A stretch of DNA of 64,000 nucleotides from Anolis carolinensis (taxonomy: Eukaryota). The notes below the pieces were generated by a model, which searched no databases, was not told the DNA's origin, and saw only the letters and a list, made by a program, of their open reading frames with translations. This document shows positions 13,827 through 26,374 of the stretch, piece after piece (the stretch's first letter is position 1; each line of letters opens with the position of its first letter). The translations under genes were made by a program, and so were the position numbers. Location: the NCBI RefSeq assembly GCF_035594765.1, contig NC_085841.1:68557574-68621573 (forward strand). Direction: 5' to 3'.

Positions 13827-14951
13827 ATTTTAAATTGCCAGACAGTGCCAGAGCCTAACAAAACTACAAACTCCAGGATCCAATAAGGTGGCACTTAAAA
13901 TAGAGTCATTGTGCTGTAACATTGTAATGTGAAATGATTACCAGATTGCTGCTCCTCATTTCCCAAGACCTCCCCTGTTCAGATATGTGAAAAAGAAATT
14001 CAAACAGCCAAACATTCTGCCTTGTCTGAGCAATGACTTGCTCTGTACTGAGTAACAGCTATTTCTTGAGGGCGTTTCCTGACAGTACCAAAATGCAGGA
14101 TTAATATGTGGGATGAACAAACCCAGGACCTCAGAGCAGGTCCCCACAGAAACCTGTCGGTACTGGGCTTTCTTTCCCCACCATCTTCACAGTTTTTCTG
14201 TCTTGGGATAAAATGGAGGTGAACAGGGGACATCTGCTGGAAGTCTTTTTAAAAAATCACTCCATTATGTGCTGAAGTGTATATGAGCACATGCATATAT
14301 CCTAATACAAATATGGAGCAATTCCTATGTATGTATATAAGTATCAGTGCATAACAGCAAAATCCAGGTTTTTATACCCAGAACCAGGATAAAAGAGGGC
14401 CTTTTTGAATTGGGTTATCCCTACATTGCTGCGACTGAGCGCCTATTTAGCACAAACGTCATCTGGCCATCCCCCTTTTTAACTCACTATCTCCCAAAGT
14501 ATAGGTACTGCCTATAAGTGATCTGAGACTCTTTAAGGTGATCTGATTATGTGATCAATCAACATTTGTAGAAGATAACAACAGGTTCTACATTTTTCTG
14601 TAGGCATGCTTGCAGTCAGGGGAATGGTCACTGATTAGTTTTCTGACACTTTGCATGCATATTTTTTATAGAATTCATGCTGTTTTTAGTAATTTTGTGA
14701 ATATGTTTAGGGGACTTAATCAGTAAATACACAAAACATTTCAAGTTAATGTTATCTTGTATATATACTAGAATAGTGGAAAGTACAGCTCATTTTTTAC
14801 AGGAGCTTACTAACATTTGCAGATTTCTTCATAAATTTGTTAAATAGAAATTACTTTCAAAAATGTATTTAAGACAAAGTTAAACTGGCAGATTCACTCC
14901 TTCCTGATAAATTCACCCTTTTCTAGCTTTGAGATAATTAGTTTTACATTT

Positions 14952-15652
14952 TGTCAAGGATCCCACATCAGTGACTGGCAGCGTAGGCAGTCAGATGCAG
15001 AAAGAGTCTCTTTCAATCTATATAGCAACAGGGAAAGCCAAATTCAATCCACAGGAAACTCACCAATGCATCCAGAAGCAGTCCAAGGTCATTCACCAAC
15101 AGCAAATCCTACACAGTATCAGGCAAAGCATGTAGTCCGAGTATTCAGTCTGAGGTCAAACAGCTCACTAAAACTCCACGTATTGTAATGCAGGTCCAAG
15201 ATTCCAAATCACTGGCTGAAGACATTTACACAACAATTGCTTCCAGCAATGTTCTGTTCTCAGCGTTCTTCCTTTATGCCAGTGGTTCTCAACCTGTGGG
15301 TACTCAGGTGTTTTGGCCTACAACTCCCAGAAATCCCAGCCAGTTTACCAGCTGTTAGGATTTCTGGGAGCTGAAAACCAAGACATCTGGGGACCCACAG
15401 GTTGAGAACCACTGCTTTATGCTGCCTTTCTAATCACTCTACAGCTGTTGAGCCAATCTCTTTGACTGGCACAGCTGGATCGAGCCTACTCTAATTTAAA
15501 GCCGGACGAAGTGTGTCAACTCCTGCCCTCCCTCCTGAAGATCTTCATCCTGCTCTAACTTACTGGCCTCCACATAGTTCTGCTTCAGCTACTGGGAGGC
15601 AAACCCTCTCTTTCCCCCCCCTTCCCCTCCCCTCCAGCCCATGAACCTGACA
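14952..15652 (-). mobile_element. Old solo LTR (probable Gypsy), interrupted by a hAT MITE
   Basis: TGTCA...TGACA inverted termini and repeated CAGTCC/CAAGGTC motifs like the younger minus-strand LTRs. Flanks CATTT/AATCT match only 3 of 5. Confidence 0.5.
15280..15414. mobile_element. hAT MITE
   Basis: TIRs CAGTGGTTCTCAACCTGTGGGT / ACCCACAGGTTGAGAACCACTG with a perfect 8-bp TSD CTTTATGC. Confidence 0.92.
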
Positions 15653-15801
15653 AATCTAAAAGTGAAGTAAAACCTCAGTGAAGCCATGCATAGCCAAAAA
15701 TGTTTGTGGTTCTGAATTAAGCTTCTGAATTAAGATTTCCAACTCTTTTTTCCCTCATAGGCTCTGGTTTTACAGATAGACATGCAAAGGGTTCTTGAGA
15801 T

Positions 15802-16138
15802 AGTAAAGGTAAAAGGTAAAGGTTTCCCCTGATGTTAAGTCCAGTCATGTCTGACTCTGGGGTTGATGCTCATCTCCATTTCTAAGCCGAAGAGCCAACG
15901 TTGTCCTTAGACACGTCCAAGGTCATGTGGCCAGCATGACTGCATGGAGCGCCGTTACCTTCTCTCCAGGGTGGTACCTATTGATCTACTCACATTGGCA
16001 TGTTTTCGAACTGCTAGGTTGGCAGAAGCTGGAGCTAACAGTGGCTGCTCACGCCGCTCCCGAGGTTTGAACCTGGGATCTTTCAGTCTGCAAGTTCAGC
16101 AGCTTAGTGCTTTAACACACTTCGCCACTGGAGCTCCA
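15802..16138 (-). mobile_element. Sauria SINE, full length
   Basis: Reverse complement has a tRNA-like head with A/B boxes, the CTTCTGCCAACCTAGCAGTTCGAAAACATG body and an (ACCTTT)n tail. Matches the copy at 52623-52948. Confidence 0.9.
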
Positions 16139-16938
16139 GAGTAATAATTTAGCAAATGCTTCCTGCATCTCATAAAATAAAATTAGGGTTATGAAGGTTT
16201 ATGCCACCAAGGTGCAAGACCTATTTGCACATTGATCCAGACTAACACAGCTAATGTCTTTGAATTTTAGCAAGCAGCTATGGAATGATTTTCTCCAAAT
16301 TGAATTTGTGCAGTTCCTTGTTAAAGTTATTCAATTTATTTTTATAAGAACTTCCAAATTTCTTCATCAATTTATTTTGTACTGTGTGAGAGAAGAAGAC
16401 CCACATGTCTGGATAAGAAAGACAAAGGGAAGGAGATAGAGACATCATACTGTACAAGTACTTACTATTGAAAGACACTTAATATCATAGCAGAAGATCA
16501 TGGACCTGAGTAGAATGCATACACAGCAGGGATGTGCCAACTTTCCCCAAAATTAGCCTTTAAACTAGTAGAGCAACAGTAGTGACAAACTGCTCTCTGA
16601 AACTCCCATAAGATCAGTGAGTATTTCAGGGATTTGATGGAAGAGCTTTTTTGCAGCAAAAAGTGAGAAAAGTGCAACCTTTGTATATGTGGCATTTTCC
16701 TCTTAAAAGCAAAGATACCAAGTTCCCCAAAAAGCATCTTGACTTCAAAAAGAAAAAAAAACAATTTGGGAGTCTTAGGGTCAGTCAAACTTTCAGAGAG
16801 GGAAACTGGTACGGCAAAGGTCAGGTGCATGCAGTGCCGGCCCGAGGTCATTCCAAGTAGTAGGCGAACCTACTACTTGGCGCCCCCCCCCCCATTTTGG
16901 TGCCCAACACCCCCCCACACACACACAAACCAGAGGTC

Positions 16939-17000
16939 GCGGCGGCTGCGGCGGCTGCGGCGGCTGCGGTGGCGGCTGCGGCGGCGGCGGCTGCTGCGGC
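16939..17000 (+). repeat. (GCG/GCT)n trinucleotide repeat
   Basis: GCGGCGGCT iterations; source of the poly-Ala/Arg/Pro ORFs in the track. Confidence 0.95.
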
Positions 17001-17014
17001 AATGGTGCCGCTGT

Positions 17015-17585
17015 GCGATCGCCCATTTCCACCCTGCCTGCTCAAGGCAGACGCAGATCGGTGGCGATCTGCGCCTGCTTTGAGCAGGCAGGGCGGAAAT
17101 GGGCGATCTGCGCTGTGCGCATGCACAGAGCACAGATCGGCCATTTTGCCCTTAGTTCCTGGACGCAGCCGCAGATCACCCGGGCGATCTGCGGCCGCAT
17201 CCAGGAAGGGCAAATTGGGCGATCTGAGCTGTGCGCACGCGCAGAGCACAGATCGCCCAATTCGCCCTTAGTTCCAGGACACGGCCGCAAATCGCCTAGG
17301 CGATCTGCGGCCGCGTCCTGGAACTAAGGGCAAATTGGGCGATCTGAGCTGCACATCTCAGATGGCCCAATTCGCCCTTACTTCCTGGACGCGGCCGCAG
17401 ATCGCCCGGGCGATCTGCGGCCGCATCCAGGAAGTAAGGGCGAATTGGCCCATCTGTGCTGTGCGCATGCGCATAGCACAGATCGGCCATTTTTCCCTTA
17501 GTTCCTGGACGCAGGCGCAGATCGCCCGGGCGATCTGCGCCTGCGTCTAGGAACTAAGGGAAAAATGGCCGATCTGTGCTGTGCA
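17015..17585. repeat. Tandem array of ~110-120-bp palindromic units
   Basis: Recurring dyad centres ATCGCCCGGGCGAT or variants (~17181, 17298, 17407, 17527) alternate with TGCGCATGCGCA-type centres. Arms read GCCCTTAGTTCCTGGACGCGGCCGCAG and its reverse complement. Confidence 0.9.
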
Positions 17586-18312
17586 GTTTGGTGCGGGCGC
17601 GAGGGATCGAAGCTCCGCACCAACAGCGGCAGCGCGGCGACATCGGTGGCGCTACGGGCCGCTGTCGACGCCTCGACAGCGCCCCTAGCGGCCAGCGCCC
17701 GAGGAGGCCGCTTCAGCAGCCTCATATGTTCAACCTGCCCTGGGTGCATGTCTGAAGCACGTGCATGCTTCCTCTGGATCTCTGATTTCTCTTATCAATA
17801 TCATCTGTTAATGAAAATAAAAAAGAATTAATGTTTTTGTTTGCCAAATTCTAATGTCAGTAAAAACAGTACAGAATTCTTATAAACTAATGGCGGCTAT
17901 GTACATCAGAAATAATATTTCTTTCTAAGGGTTAAAAGAGATCAAATATTTTAGTGAGATTTATTCTAATGCAGAATGCTAGTGGTGGTAGAAAATGGAA
18001 CTATCTGCTTGATTCTAATTAGAGCAGTCAGGGAAGATTTTTGTTGGGCTTTATTAATACAAGCTGTGTGAACTCCATTTTCGCCGTGAAGTCAAGCAAA
18101 TGCTAAAATACTGTGAATGACTATTTGTTTTTATCATTAATGTAAATGCTTTTTCAAAGTCAATAGAGTAAGCCTAGCTGTCAAAAATAAGGCAACAGCT
18201 CTTGGCCTTGAGATCTGTACATCTTAAAATTAAATATACACTTTTAATAGAAAACCAGAGTTCATACTTTTAAATACTGAAGTGTAAGGGCATGATATCA
18301 GAAAAATATATA

Positions 18313-18757
18313 TAGGCAGTCCCCAAGTTGAAAACATGATAGGTTCTGTAGGTTTGTTCTTAAGTTGAAGTGAGAACAGGTTCATTTTAAAAGTAACTCC
18401 AGCTAATATTTGGATAGCATAAGGGTTAACACTCCTGTAGTGTTTGTTTTACTGTCTGTGCCCCATTCAGAAGAAAGTGAGGTGAAATATATATAGGCAG
18501 TCCCCAAGTTGAAAACATGATAGGTTCTGTAGGTTTGATCTTAAGTTGAATTTGTATATAAGTGAAATCCAACTTTGTGTTGTGGAAACAAGGATTGGTG
18601 ATAAAATTTCAGTAGATACACCTTTCCCTCATAATAACTCTTTCAGGAGTGGCTTTCCCTTCTGAGGGATATCTTTTTCACTTCCTGTTGTCTCATCCCT
18701 GTTTTTTTAACTATGAGTCGTTTGTAAATCAGATGTTTGTAACTTGGGGACTGGCTG
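18313..18757. mobile_element. Tc1/mariner-superfamily MITE (same family as 12365-12770, opposite orientation)
   Basis: TA|TAGGCAGTCCCCAAGTT ... AACTTGGGGACTGGCTG|TA. Confidence 0.8.
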
Positions 18758-19704
18758 TACAAATGATGCAAAATAAACATGTCATAAAATATTTTGTTGA
18801 AAAAACCTTGATACTAAGATACATCCAGTCATAGCACATGGTTAATCTGATTTTGTTTGCAAGTTAACAAATTTAACTAAACAATTTACTGAACAACTCA
18901 TCTCATTATTTGAAAGCTAATTTATTTAGGCTATGGTCATTATAATTTAATCACAGATAGGAAACTGAAATCTGTTCAAAAGACTATGGCTCTCTAAAGA
19001 GGGTATGTGGTTTCATGATATAGCAAATGGTTTCAATGCCAAAAGCCACCTATTTGATCTATGGCCTCTATTTAATGTATCTCAAGCATCTGACCTCCTT
19101 CAGGTCTGCCAATACACTATTGCCAGCAGAAAAATAAGGCTTTATTGGGCAAGATGGGTCAATTCGACTCTATATTAGGCTATTCATGCCTTTCAAAAAG
19201 TTGCCAAACATGCCAGATAGTGAGATTCTAAGCATTCTTCTCTTCTATCAGCTAACTGAAACAGGGCATTGTTGGTGGCTCTTTGAAGACTCTGGAACAT
19301 CTTTCCCAGGGAGGGCAAAATTACCATCTTCTTGTTGTCCTTCCATCAGCTGCTTCTCTCCTTCCATTAGCAGATCAGAGGGAAAATCTGGTGTCAGACT
19401 GGACATATTGCTTCTTAAACTGATCTGCAGTAGCATTCCAAAGGTTTTCTTCAGGCAAAGAATCTTAAAGGAAAATCAAGAAAAGACAAAAGAGATTGTG
19501 AAACTGTACAGATATTTCCTTTTGGGGACTGCCCTTCAAGGACCATCAAGATGAACAGAAAAAGATCAGACAACATGACTTCTGAAATGTATTCCAGGAG
19601 ATTTGATTACTATAGACCAAATATCAATCAATATGGGGGATTTTAAGATAAAGGTTTTTGGTATTACCAAATTTACCAAATATTTCCAAACCTATTCCCC
19701 TTCA

Positions 19705-20100
19705 CACATCATATATATCATGTATAAGTCTAGAAATTTTGGTCCAAAAATGCCCCCCCCCCCAAAAAACAACAACAACAAACAAACAAACAACTGAGTC
19801 ACCTTATTCAGTATTCTGTCTTAGCCTTGATCAAAACAGAAAGCATCTCCTTATCTGATTAGAGTGGTGAAAGGCAAATGCTTAATCCATCATAGGAGAA
19901 CCTAAAAGAAGAACCAACCCTTTCCACTCTCTCCATCATAGTGCTGTTTCTAGCCTTTTTGAATGTCTGGTTGGGGAAAGGTGGTCAGAGGAAGCTTACC
20001 CTGTGAGTCAGAATTCGATCTTTCCTAATCTGTGGAATTTACATCAAAATCTAACCTTGACTTATAAATGAGGTCATTTTATACAAAAATATGATGTGGT
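19705..20100. mobile_element. Degenerate Tc2/pogo-like MITE
   Basis: ATATATATCATGTATAAGTCTAG ... TTGACTTATAAATGAGG..TTTATACAAAAATAT ends resemble the CCGTATATACTCGAGTATAAG-type TIR family. Confidence 0.45.
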
Positions 20101-20759
20101 GTATAACTGTATAGTCACATTTTTATCCCTTTTTGGGGAGAAAAGGGAGAGGTAACTATTCTGCGATGATGACTATTACACAGTGAAAAATGTCCCTCTT
20201 TGTGGGGCTTTTTCACCATGTAATAGTCTCTTTGAGGATTCTGTCTGGCAGATGGGTAAGGAGGGGAGAGAAAGCCAGCTGAGTTCACCTGCCCACTTGT
20301 CCTTCCCCTCTGAGCTACTGGACTTGCCTCCAAAGCTTGGAGGGGAGAGGCAGGAAGGCAAGTTCACCCCTCTGCCTGCCCACCCTCTCAGCAGTTACAG
20401 AGCCTTGCTCCCCTGCCTGCCTCTCTTCTTTCCTTGGCACTGCAGAACTTGACTCAGCTCCCAGTTAAGTCCAGCCCACAGCACCAAAACAACATTCACA
20501 CCCTTAATTCACTCGCCAGGGCAAGTGAACTAAGGGTGTGACTATCGTGTGGAGAATAGCACCCAAAAATAGGGATGTGACTATTATGTTATAACAACTG
20601 TTATGCAATGAAAAATGAGAATCATTTACAACTGCCTATAGAGTTAAAATGTCCTCCTTTTTGAAACTTGCCATTAAAATCATATTAGAGTGCTGTAATT
20701 CGCCACATGTATTTTGAATAATTTTTGGTGATAAATTGATATATAAAAGTTAATAATAA

Positions 20760-21470
20760 CATAGTTTCATTTTTATTGCAATGGTATCCATCTAATACAT
20801 AGAAATCAACTTACTTTATATACATCGATAAACCATTACTTTTACCCTCACCTCCTTTGTTCCCCTCCTTTCACCTTTAGAAAGCATTTTTAAGTGCAGC
20901 CAACCCAGGAGTTTGTCCATTTTCTCCTTTATCTGATCATTAGCTTTCGCTTCTTCAACCCATTTCACATATAGGAACCAGTTCTCTTTAATTCTTTGTA
21001 TTTTTATAATCCATGGCATATCTTGTTGTATTAATTCCATAATATCCGATTGAACTTGTTCATAAATATATTCATTCCATCTGTCCATTGTCCATTTTTT
21101 TAATCCTTCCATCCCAATGCTATTACAGCATGGGCAGCTTTAACCATCACCATCAGAGTTTGTTGGTCCTCTTTCTTCAGCATTTGTAAACCCATTGTTC
21201 CAATTTCCAACAGACCAGGCCCAATATACAAATTTACCTTGAATAACTAATTTATATGTTCTAGTACCCTCTTCCAAAATATCTGCATTTCCTCATTCCC
21301 ACCACATATGTGTGTAAACCATCCTTTCCCCTTTTTACAATGCCAGCAATTTGAGCGGGACCCTTTCATCATATTTACTAACTGAGCTGGGGTACAACAA
21401 CATAGTTTGTAGATTTTTTTTTTACTGAAATCCAGTTCTAGATACAAATAACTTCAAATGCATTCCTTCC
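20760..21470 (-). mobile_element. L1-clade LINE 3' fragment (ORF2 C-terminus)
   Basis: SNCWHCKKGKGWFTH.., IFWKRVLEHIN, AAHAVIALGW and KKWTMDRWNEYIYEQV are frameshifted pieces of the L1 cysteine-rich C-terminal region. Confidence 0.75.
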
Positions 21471-21479
21471 TTTATAACA

Positions 21480-21700
21480 GTTTACAAAGCTATGTTAATC
21501 TGTTTCAATGTTAATATGTTTTCAGTTATGATGTTTTTATATAGTGTTTTAATAGTTTAATTCATGTTTATTTGTTAATTGATTTTAATGTTATGTATTG
21601 CTTTTGTATGTATATTGCAGCATTGAGTTTTGACATGTTGTACACTGCTCTGAGTCCCCCTTGGGGTGAGAGAGAGCGGAATAGAAATGAAGTAAATAAA
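21480..21700 (+). mobile_element. L2 3' UTR/tail fragment
   Basis: T-rich UTR ending CTGCTCTGAGTCCCCTTGGGGTGAGAGAGAGCGGAATAGAAATGAAGTAAATAAA. A similar tail lies at ~28500-28815. Confidence 0.7.
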
Positions 21701-22111
21701 CAACAAAGCATAGTATGGTACCATAAGACTATTTTTTCACATTGCCTTTCATCAGCTATAATCATCTTCAGTAGGTGGTATACAAACTTTGTCCCTTCTT
21801 AAATGTAAGGCTCACAGAACATATTTTGTTTATAAAACATGACTAACCTTTTCTTTCCACAGTGTCATGGTAGCAGCCACACTGTTTTTCTTTCCTTTTG
21901 GATTGGCATGCCTCCCTTAGTTTTCATCTCAGACCCACAGCTTTTATCAACAACTGCTACTCTGAACTTTATCCTGCTTTTCACCATCATTTACATCCGA
22001 AATATTTCTAATTCTTGTGATGTGTTTTTTCCTGGAGATATTTTCAAAGGTGTGCAAAGAAGCAATTCAGATAGGGAATTATAGGCATGTTACTATCAGT
22101 ACAATCACAAA

Positions 22112-22261
22112 GGACTCCTCCACACTGTCCTTTATTCCAGGATCTGATCCCAGATTATCTGTTTTAAATTGGAATATATGAGTCCCCACTGTCAGGTAAC
22201 CTGAGATAAACAGATAATCTGGGATCAGATCCTGGGATAAAGGGGCAGTGTGGAAGGGCCC
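22112..22261. mobile_element. PIF/Harbinger-like palindromic MITE
   Basis: TCCACACTGTCCTTTATTCCAGGATCTGATCCCAGATTATCTG and its reverse complement at the right end. Confidence 0.8.
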
Positions 22262-22301
22262 TAAGAGAGTTTAAAGTGGTGTCAAGACAAAATATTGCTA
22301 T

Positions 22302-22429
22302 CAGGCATGGGTAAACTTTGGCCCTCCAGGTATTTTGGACTTCAACCCTCACAATTCTTAATAGCCTAACAAAGAATTGTGGGTGTTGAAGTCCAAAATA
22401 CCTTAAGTGTTGAAATTTGCCCATGTCTG
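22302..22429. mobile_element. hAT-like palindromic MITE
   Basis: CAGGCATGGGTAAA ... TTTGCCCATGTCTG termini and an internal palindrome. No clear TSD. Confidence 0.65.
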
Positions 22430-22959
22430 CTATAAACCCAGCACAATTTCCTTCTGTAAAATGAGTGGCCATTGATTTAACTGATATTTTTGTTGCTAAT
22501 TATTTTATTACTCACCCATATCCTACATACTAAGAACTCTCAATAAATATCATATTTAAATTGCCTTCCTCTTTTTTCAATCCCATTCGTCACGTTAATG
22601 TGTTTGGGAAGAGTTCCCCCACCCTCTTTATTTTTAGTGGCATTCCAATCACCTTTTTCTTTTTGTGTAAAGTTTGTGTTCATATTAATGGTTTCTCATA
22701 TTCTTCAGCCTTTGGAATATGGTAAAGTACATTTAAGACTACAATCATAAACACATTTCATGGGTGTGATTGTGAAAGTCTAAGCACAATTGCAAATTGC
22801 CAAGCAGCCTCAGATACAAGCATGCATATGATAAGAAAATCTGGGGGTTAATCAATGTGCTTGGCATAGGCTTTCTGAGATGTCCACTGTTTCTTGTTTG
22901 TTTGTTTGTTTTACTTTAATTTTTAATTAAAATTTACAAACGTAATAAATACACACAAT

Positions 22960-23450
22960 ACTCATCATGCCATGGACAAATAAATACCCAGGACGTTCTG
23001 GACAATTTTACATAACCTTATTGCTCGCAGATACTATCTCAGCTGTGACATATAATGTCGCCAAGTTCTGCACGGCTGTGATTAAAATCCGGCAGATGAT
23101 GATTGAGAGCCAAAAGAACTAAGTATCATCTATAGAATAGAGTTGGGAAAGCAGATATAGACCAATATTTATAGTTATAAGTTGTTATTTACAGTCATGG
23201 GTATTTCCTCCCCCACCCCCTGGTGCCATCCCCACTCCCTCCCTTTAGACTCCCCCCGGATGATCCCGTGGGTTGAGTTTGGTCTTAATGGTACTGGTAT
23301 ATGATCTTCAGCCTAGATTTTAAATTTTTTCAATGATTCAGTTTTATATGAGTTTTATTAATTTTGAAGTATATAATCTCTCAGATTTCATATGGATGTA
23401 CGGGACTGGGTGCCCTTGATATGAGCTGGTCATTGACTGTAATAAAAGTT
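22960..23450 (+). mobile_element. 3' end of a non-LTR retrotransposon (clade uncertain)
   Basis: Reads LIMPWTNKYPGRSGQFYITLLLADTISAVTYNVAKFCTAVIKIRQMMIESQKN*, a LINE ORF2 C-terminus-like helix. The UTR ends GGTCATTGACTGTAATAAA. Confidence 0.55.
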
Positions 23451-26374
23451 TACATTACACAATACACATATCACACACAATGCCACATATAAAACAATCC
23501 CCTTGCCCACGTCCAACACAAAGTTGACTCCTATCCACTCACCTGTGTATCTGCCACCTTGTGTCCATGGGCACAAAATGTCCACTGTTTAGATATTACC
23601 AGGGTGTAAAGATCAGGAAAATATTTAAATAAATAAACTGAAAAAACTGCTTTCCTTTGTTATTTCTTCTTCTAGTCTCATTTGTTTACCATCTGAACAG
23701 CTGGCTTATGAATTGGTAAGAAGATGTCACATTGTGTGCTGACCTAACATCACAAACCAGTCAAACTCCAGGATCTTCAAACTGTTCTGCAGTTTTCCTG
23801 CTTTCAACCTACAGTAAATTTGGCATTTAGAGTGCAGCAGCTACAAACTGGATTTTGGTGGAGTGAGAGAGGAAATGCTTCATAATATGTGGAACATTCG
23901 TATCTTGATTCAGGATATTGTTGCTTGATTCACTTCATTGGCTGCATCTCTTCTCTGCAAATTCCCCACCTATCATTTTAGACATCCACTGCAATCACAA
24001 ATATGGGAACTTGAAGCTACTTTGATTCTTTGGTTTTGATTGGGGAAATCCTTTGTGGACAAAACCATACCTTGGCATGCCAAAGGATGGTTCTAGTCAC
24101 ACTTGGAATCTCAAGCAGTAAAGCATTAGTTTAAATAATACTTAAAAATTTAAAGCTCAATTTTTAATAAAAGCTCGCACATTTTCTTTTCTTTTTTTTA
24201 CTTTGAATAGTTTGAAGATCTTTGAAAAGACATTTAGGTTGATATGTGAGAAATGCTCAGCATATATTTTACTCATGTACTAAACCATCACTCATGCTCC
24301 AAAGATTAAAGAACTACTGTACAAATCTTTTTCTGCCACAGATACGAAAGCTTAATAAAAGCATGTTTTCTTTTACATATCATATTTCCACAATTCTAAG
24401 GTCTCTCTAGGCCCTGCATAAGGAAAATTGGAGGTGGTGATGACTCTGATACTCAAAGCAACATAAAAAACAGGTGGAACTTCTCAATGTGTTGTCAAAG
24501 TGTGAACAAATCCTCGCTTGCTGTATTATCATCCTATTTTCCCTCAATACGCTGGCGCTTCCAATGAAAGGGTAACAGGTGAATAAGGACATGTTCATTC
24601 CACTATTGTTTATTTCCTCACAATGTCATTTGATATGTCCTTTCTTTGAGGTTATTTTTTCCCATGGAGCTTGCAGACAAATAATAAAATGTACTTCAAG
24701 CAGTATACTTTTTGTACTCTACAGTCTATCTTGACACTGACTACTAGGTCATGGAAACTATGGGGGGGGGGGGTGTGTGTCATATTGTTATAGCATGCCA
24801 TACGCTTATACACAGAAGGCTACAACTCAGCATTTTTGTTCTCTGAAATGAGTGATTCTGAGGTAATGCTATGCCAGGGAACACTTTTGTCTCTTCACAG
24901 TAAAGATGGAAGTCCATTTCCACAGCTACTGAAGAAGCAAGTGATAATTTTCTTATCTGTGTGCTAAAAGAGCAAGTTGCAGAAAATTCTCCTGAGAAAA
25001 GCAAAATCCATTGGCAAGACAGCACTAATGAATGAAAGCTAAGCCTCATCAGCTTTAACTTGCATCCCAAATCTAGGATCTACTAAAAAGCTTCCAATCA
25101 GATAATCCTCCTAACTGCAGAATCTAGGCATGCCCAATTAGATAATCCTGGCAATCAAGCACTGGTATAGATAATAGCATTATCGCCTCCTGTTTAATAT
25201 TATTAGTTGCTACAAGTTTCTCTTTTAATTAGATATATAATTTAATTTAATGCCCTCACTTTGATCTGCAGCTGTGAATTGGGAATAAGCTTTACTGCAT
25301 ATTGTAAGAACAGGACTCTACTTTGCACTTTAGCAATTATTGTTTACTGTAATTGTTTGTATACTATTACATTTATATTACATGTTATATATGTCGGATT
25401 ATGAAAAAGCACATCAGTGCTGAAATATCTTAGTTCTAGTTCAGCATGGGCAGAAATAACAGAAGACAGGCTTGCTGTCCATTTTTTTCAGTGCTTTCTT
25501 TTGGTTGCCACCCAGCTACTTCCTTGCGTGAGAAAAACAGCTGTGGCTAATCTCCTCTGTCCTCCCCAAAACATCCCTGCTATCCACCTGAAAGTGTTGC
25601 CTCTAAGTGCTCATTTGCAATGCCCACTTAATCCATACACAGTCTGGAGCAGAAATGCTTTGTACTGGTCACGTAAACCCCAAGGTGACCTACAACAGTG
25701 GTGGGGCAGAATGCAGTCCACTTACTGACCTAAGACCATAATGCTACCATCTCAATTGCTGTTGTTACTACCAGATAGCCAGAAAAGCTCAGGAACATTG
25801 TGGACACCCAAAGCGGAAATCAGCAGGAACACCCATATGATCAGGAAAAGGGAAGGACCCAAATAGTCCCCTTTTCCTTGTGCTGATGAAGGCAGGGAAA
25901 ATGGGATGGAAGCAGCCTGTGTGGAGAGTAGACCAGCACACATCACATGCAATTCTGTTATCCACGCTGTGGCCAAACTGGAGGATTGTTCAGACACTTT
26001 GCTCAAACTCTGGAGTATCCCCCAGCATTCCTTAACATGGAGTAAGCCATTTTAACCTGGTTTACCCCACAATAGGAATCTGCAGACAGCCAGAAATTAC
26101 AGAAAAGTGGGTTCAGGCTATGAAGTTCACTAACAGAGAACAGGGAGTCATCCTGCTTTAGATTGACTGCAGCCCCCATTAACTTTAGCTAGAATAGCCA
26201 ATGGTGACAAACTGTCCAATTGTGAGTTACAGTCCAAGAAAAAAAAATGAATGAATAATATAAGATGGAAAACATAAACTGGAATTGCTAACCCCTATGC
26301 TCACATTTTTCATTGGGAAGAAAGGAAGATGAGAAAGTTTGACTGTGACAGCCAACAACCACATTCACCACTGA

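Larger units (their letters stand above)
16832..17742. mobile_element. Non-autonomous hAT-superfamily element with an internal CpG-rich palindrome array
   Basis: Perfect 8-bp TSD GGTGCATG (16824-16831 and 17743-17750). Imperfect termini CAGTGCCGG / CCTGCCCTG. Sharp GC transition at both boundaries. Confidence 0.85.

Noticed and set aside
15490-15652. Possible decayed RRSARL-type ORF in the old LTR (minus strand reads LTHFVRL)
   Set aside because: Needs about four substitutions and the frame is broken; too degenerate without a family consensus.
17015-17585. CRISPR-like repeat array
   Set aside because: No unique spacers, units alternate in orientation, no cas genes, vertebrate context.
16739-17831. 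Many overlapping poly-Ala/Arg/Pro ORFs suggesting a CpG-island first exon
   Set aside because: They arise from the GC-rich trinucleotide and palindrome array inside a TSD-bounded transposon.
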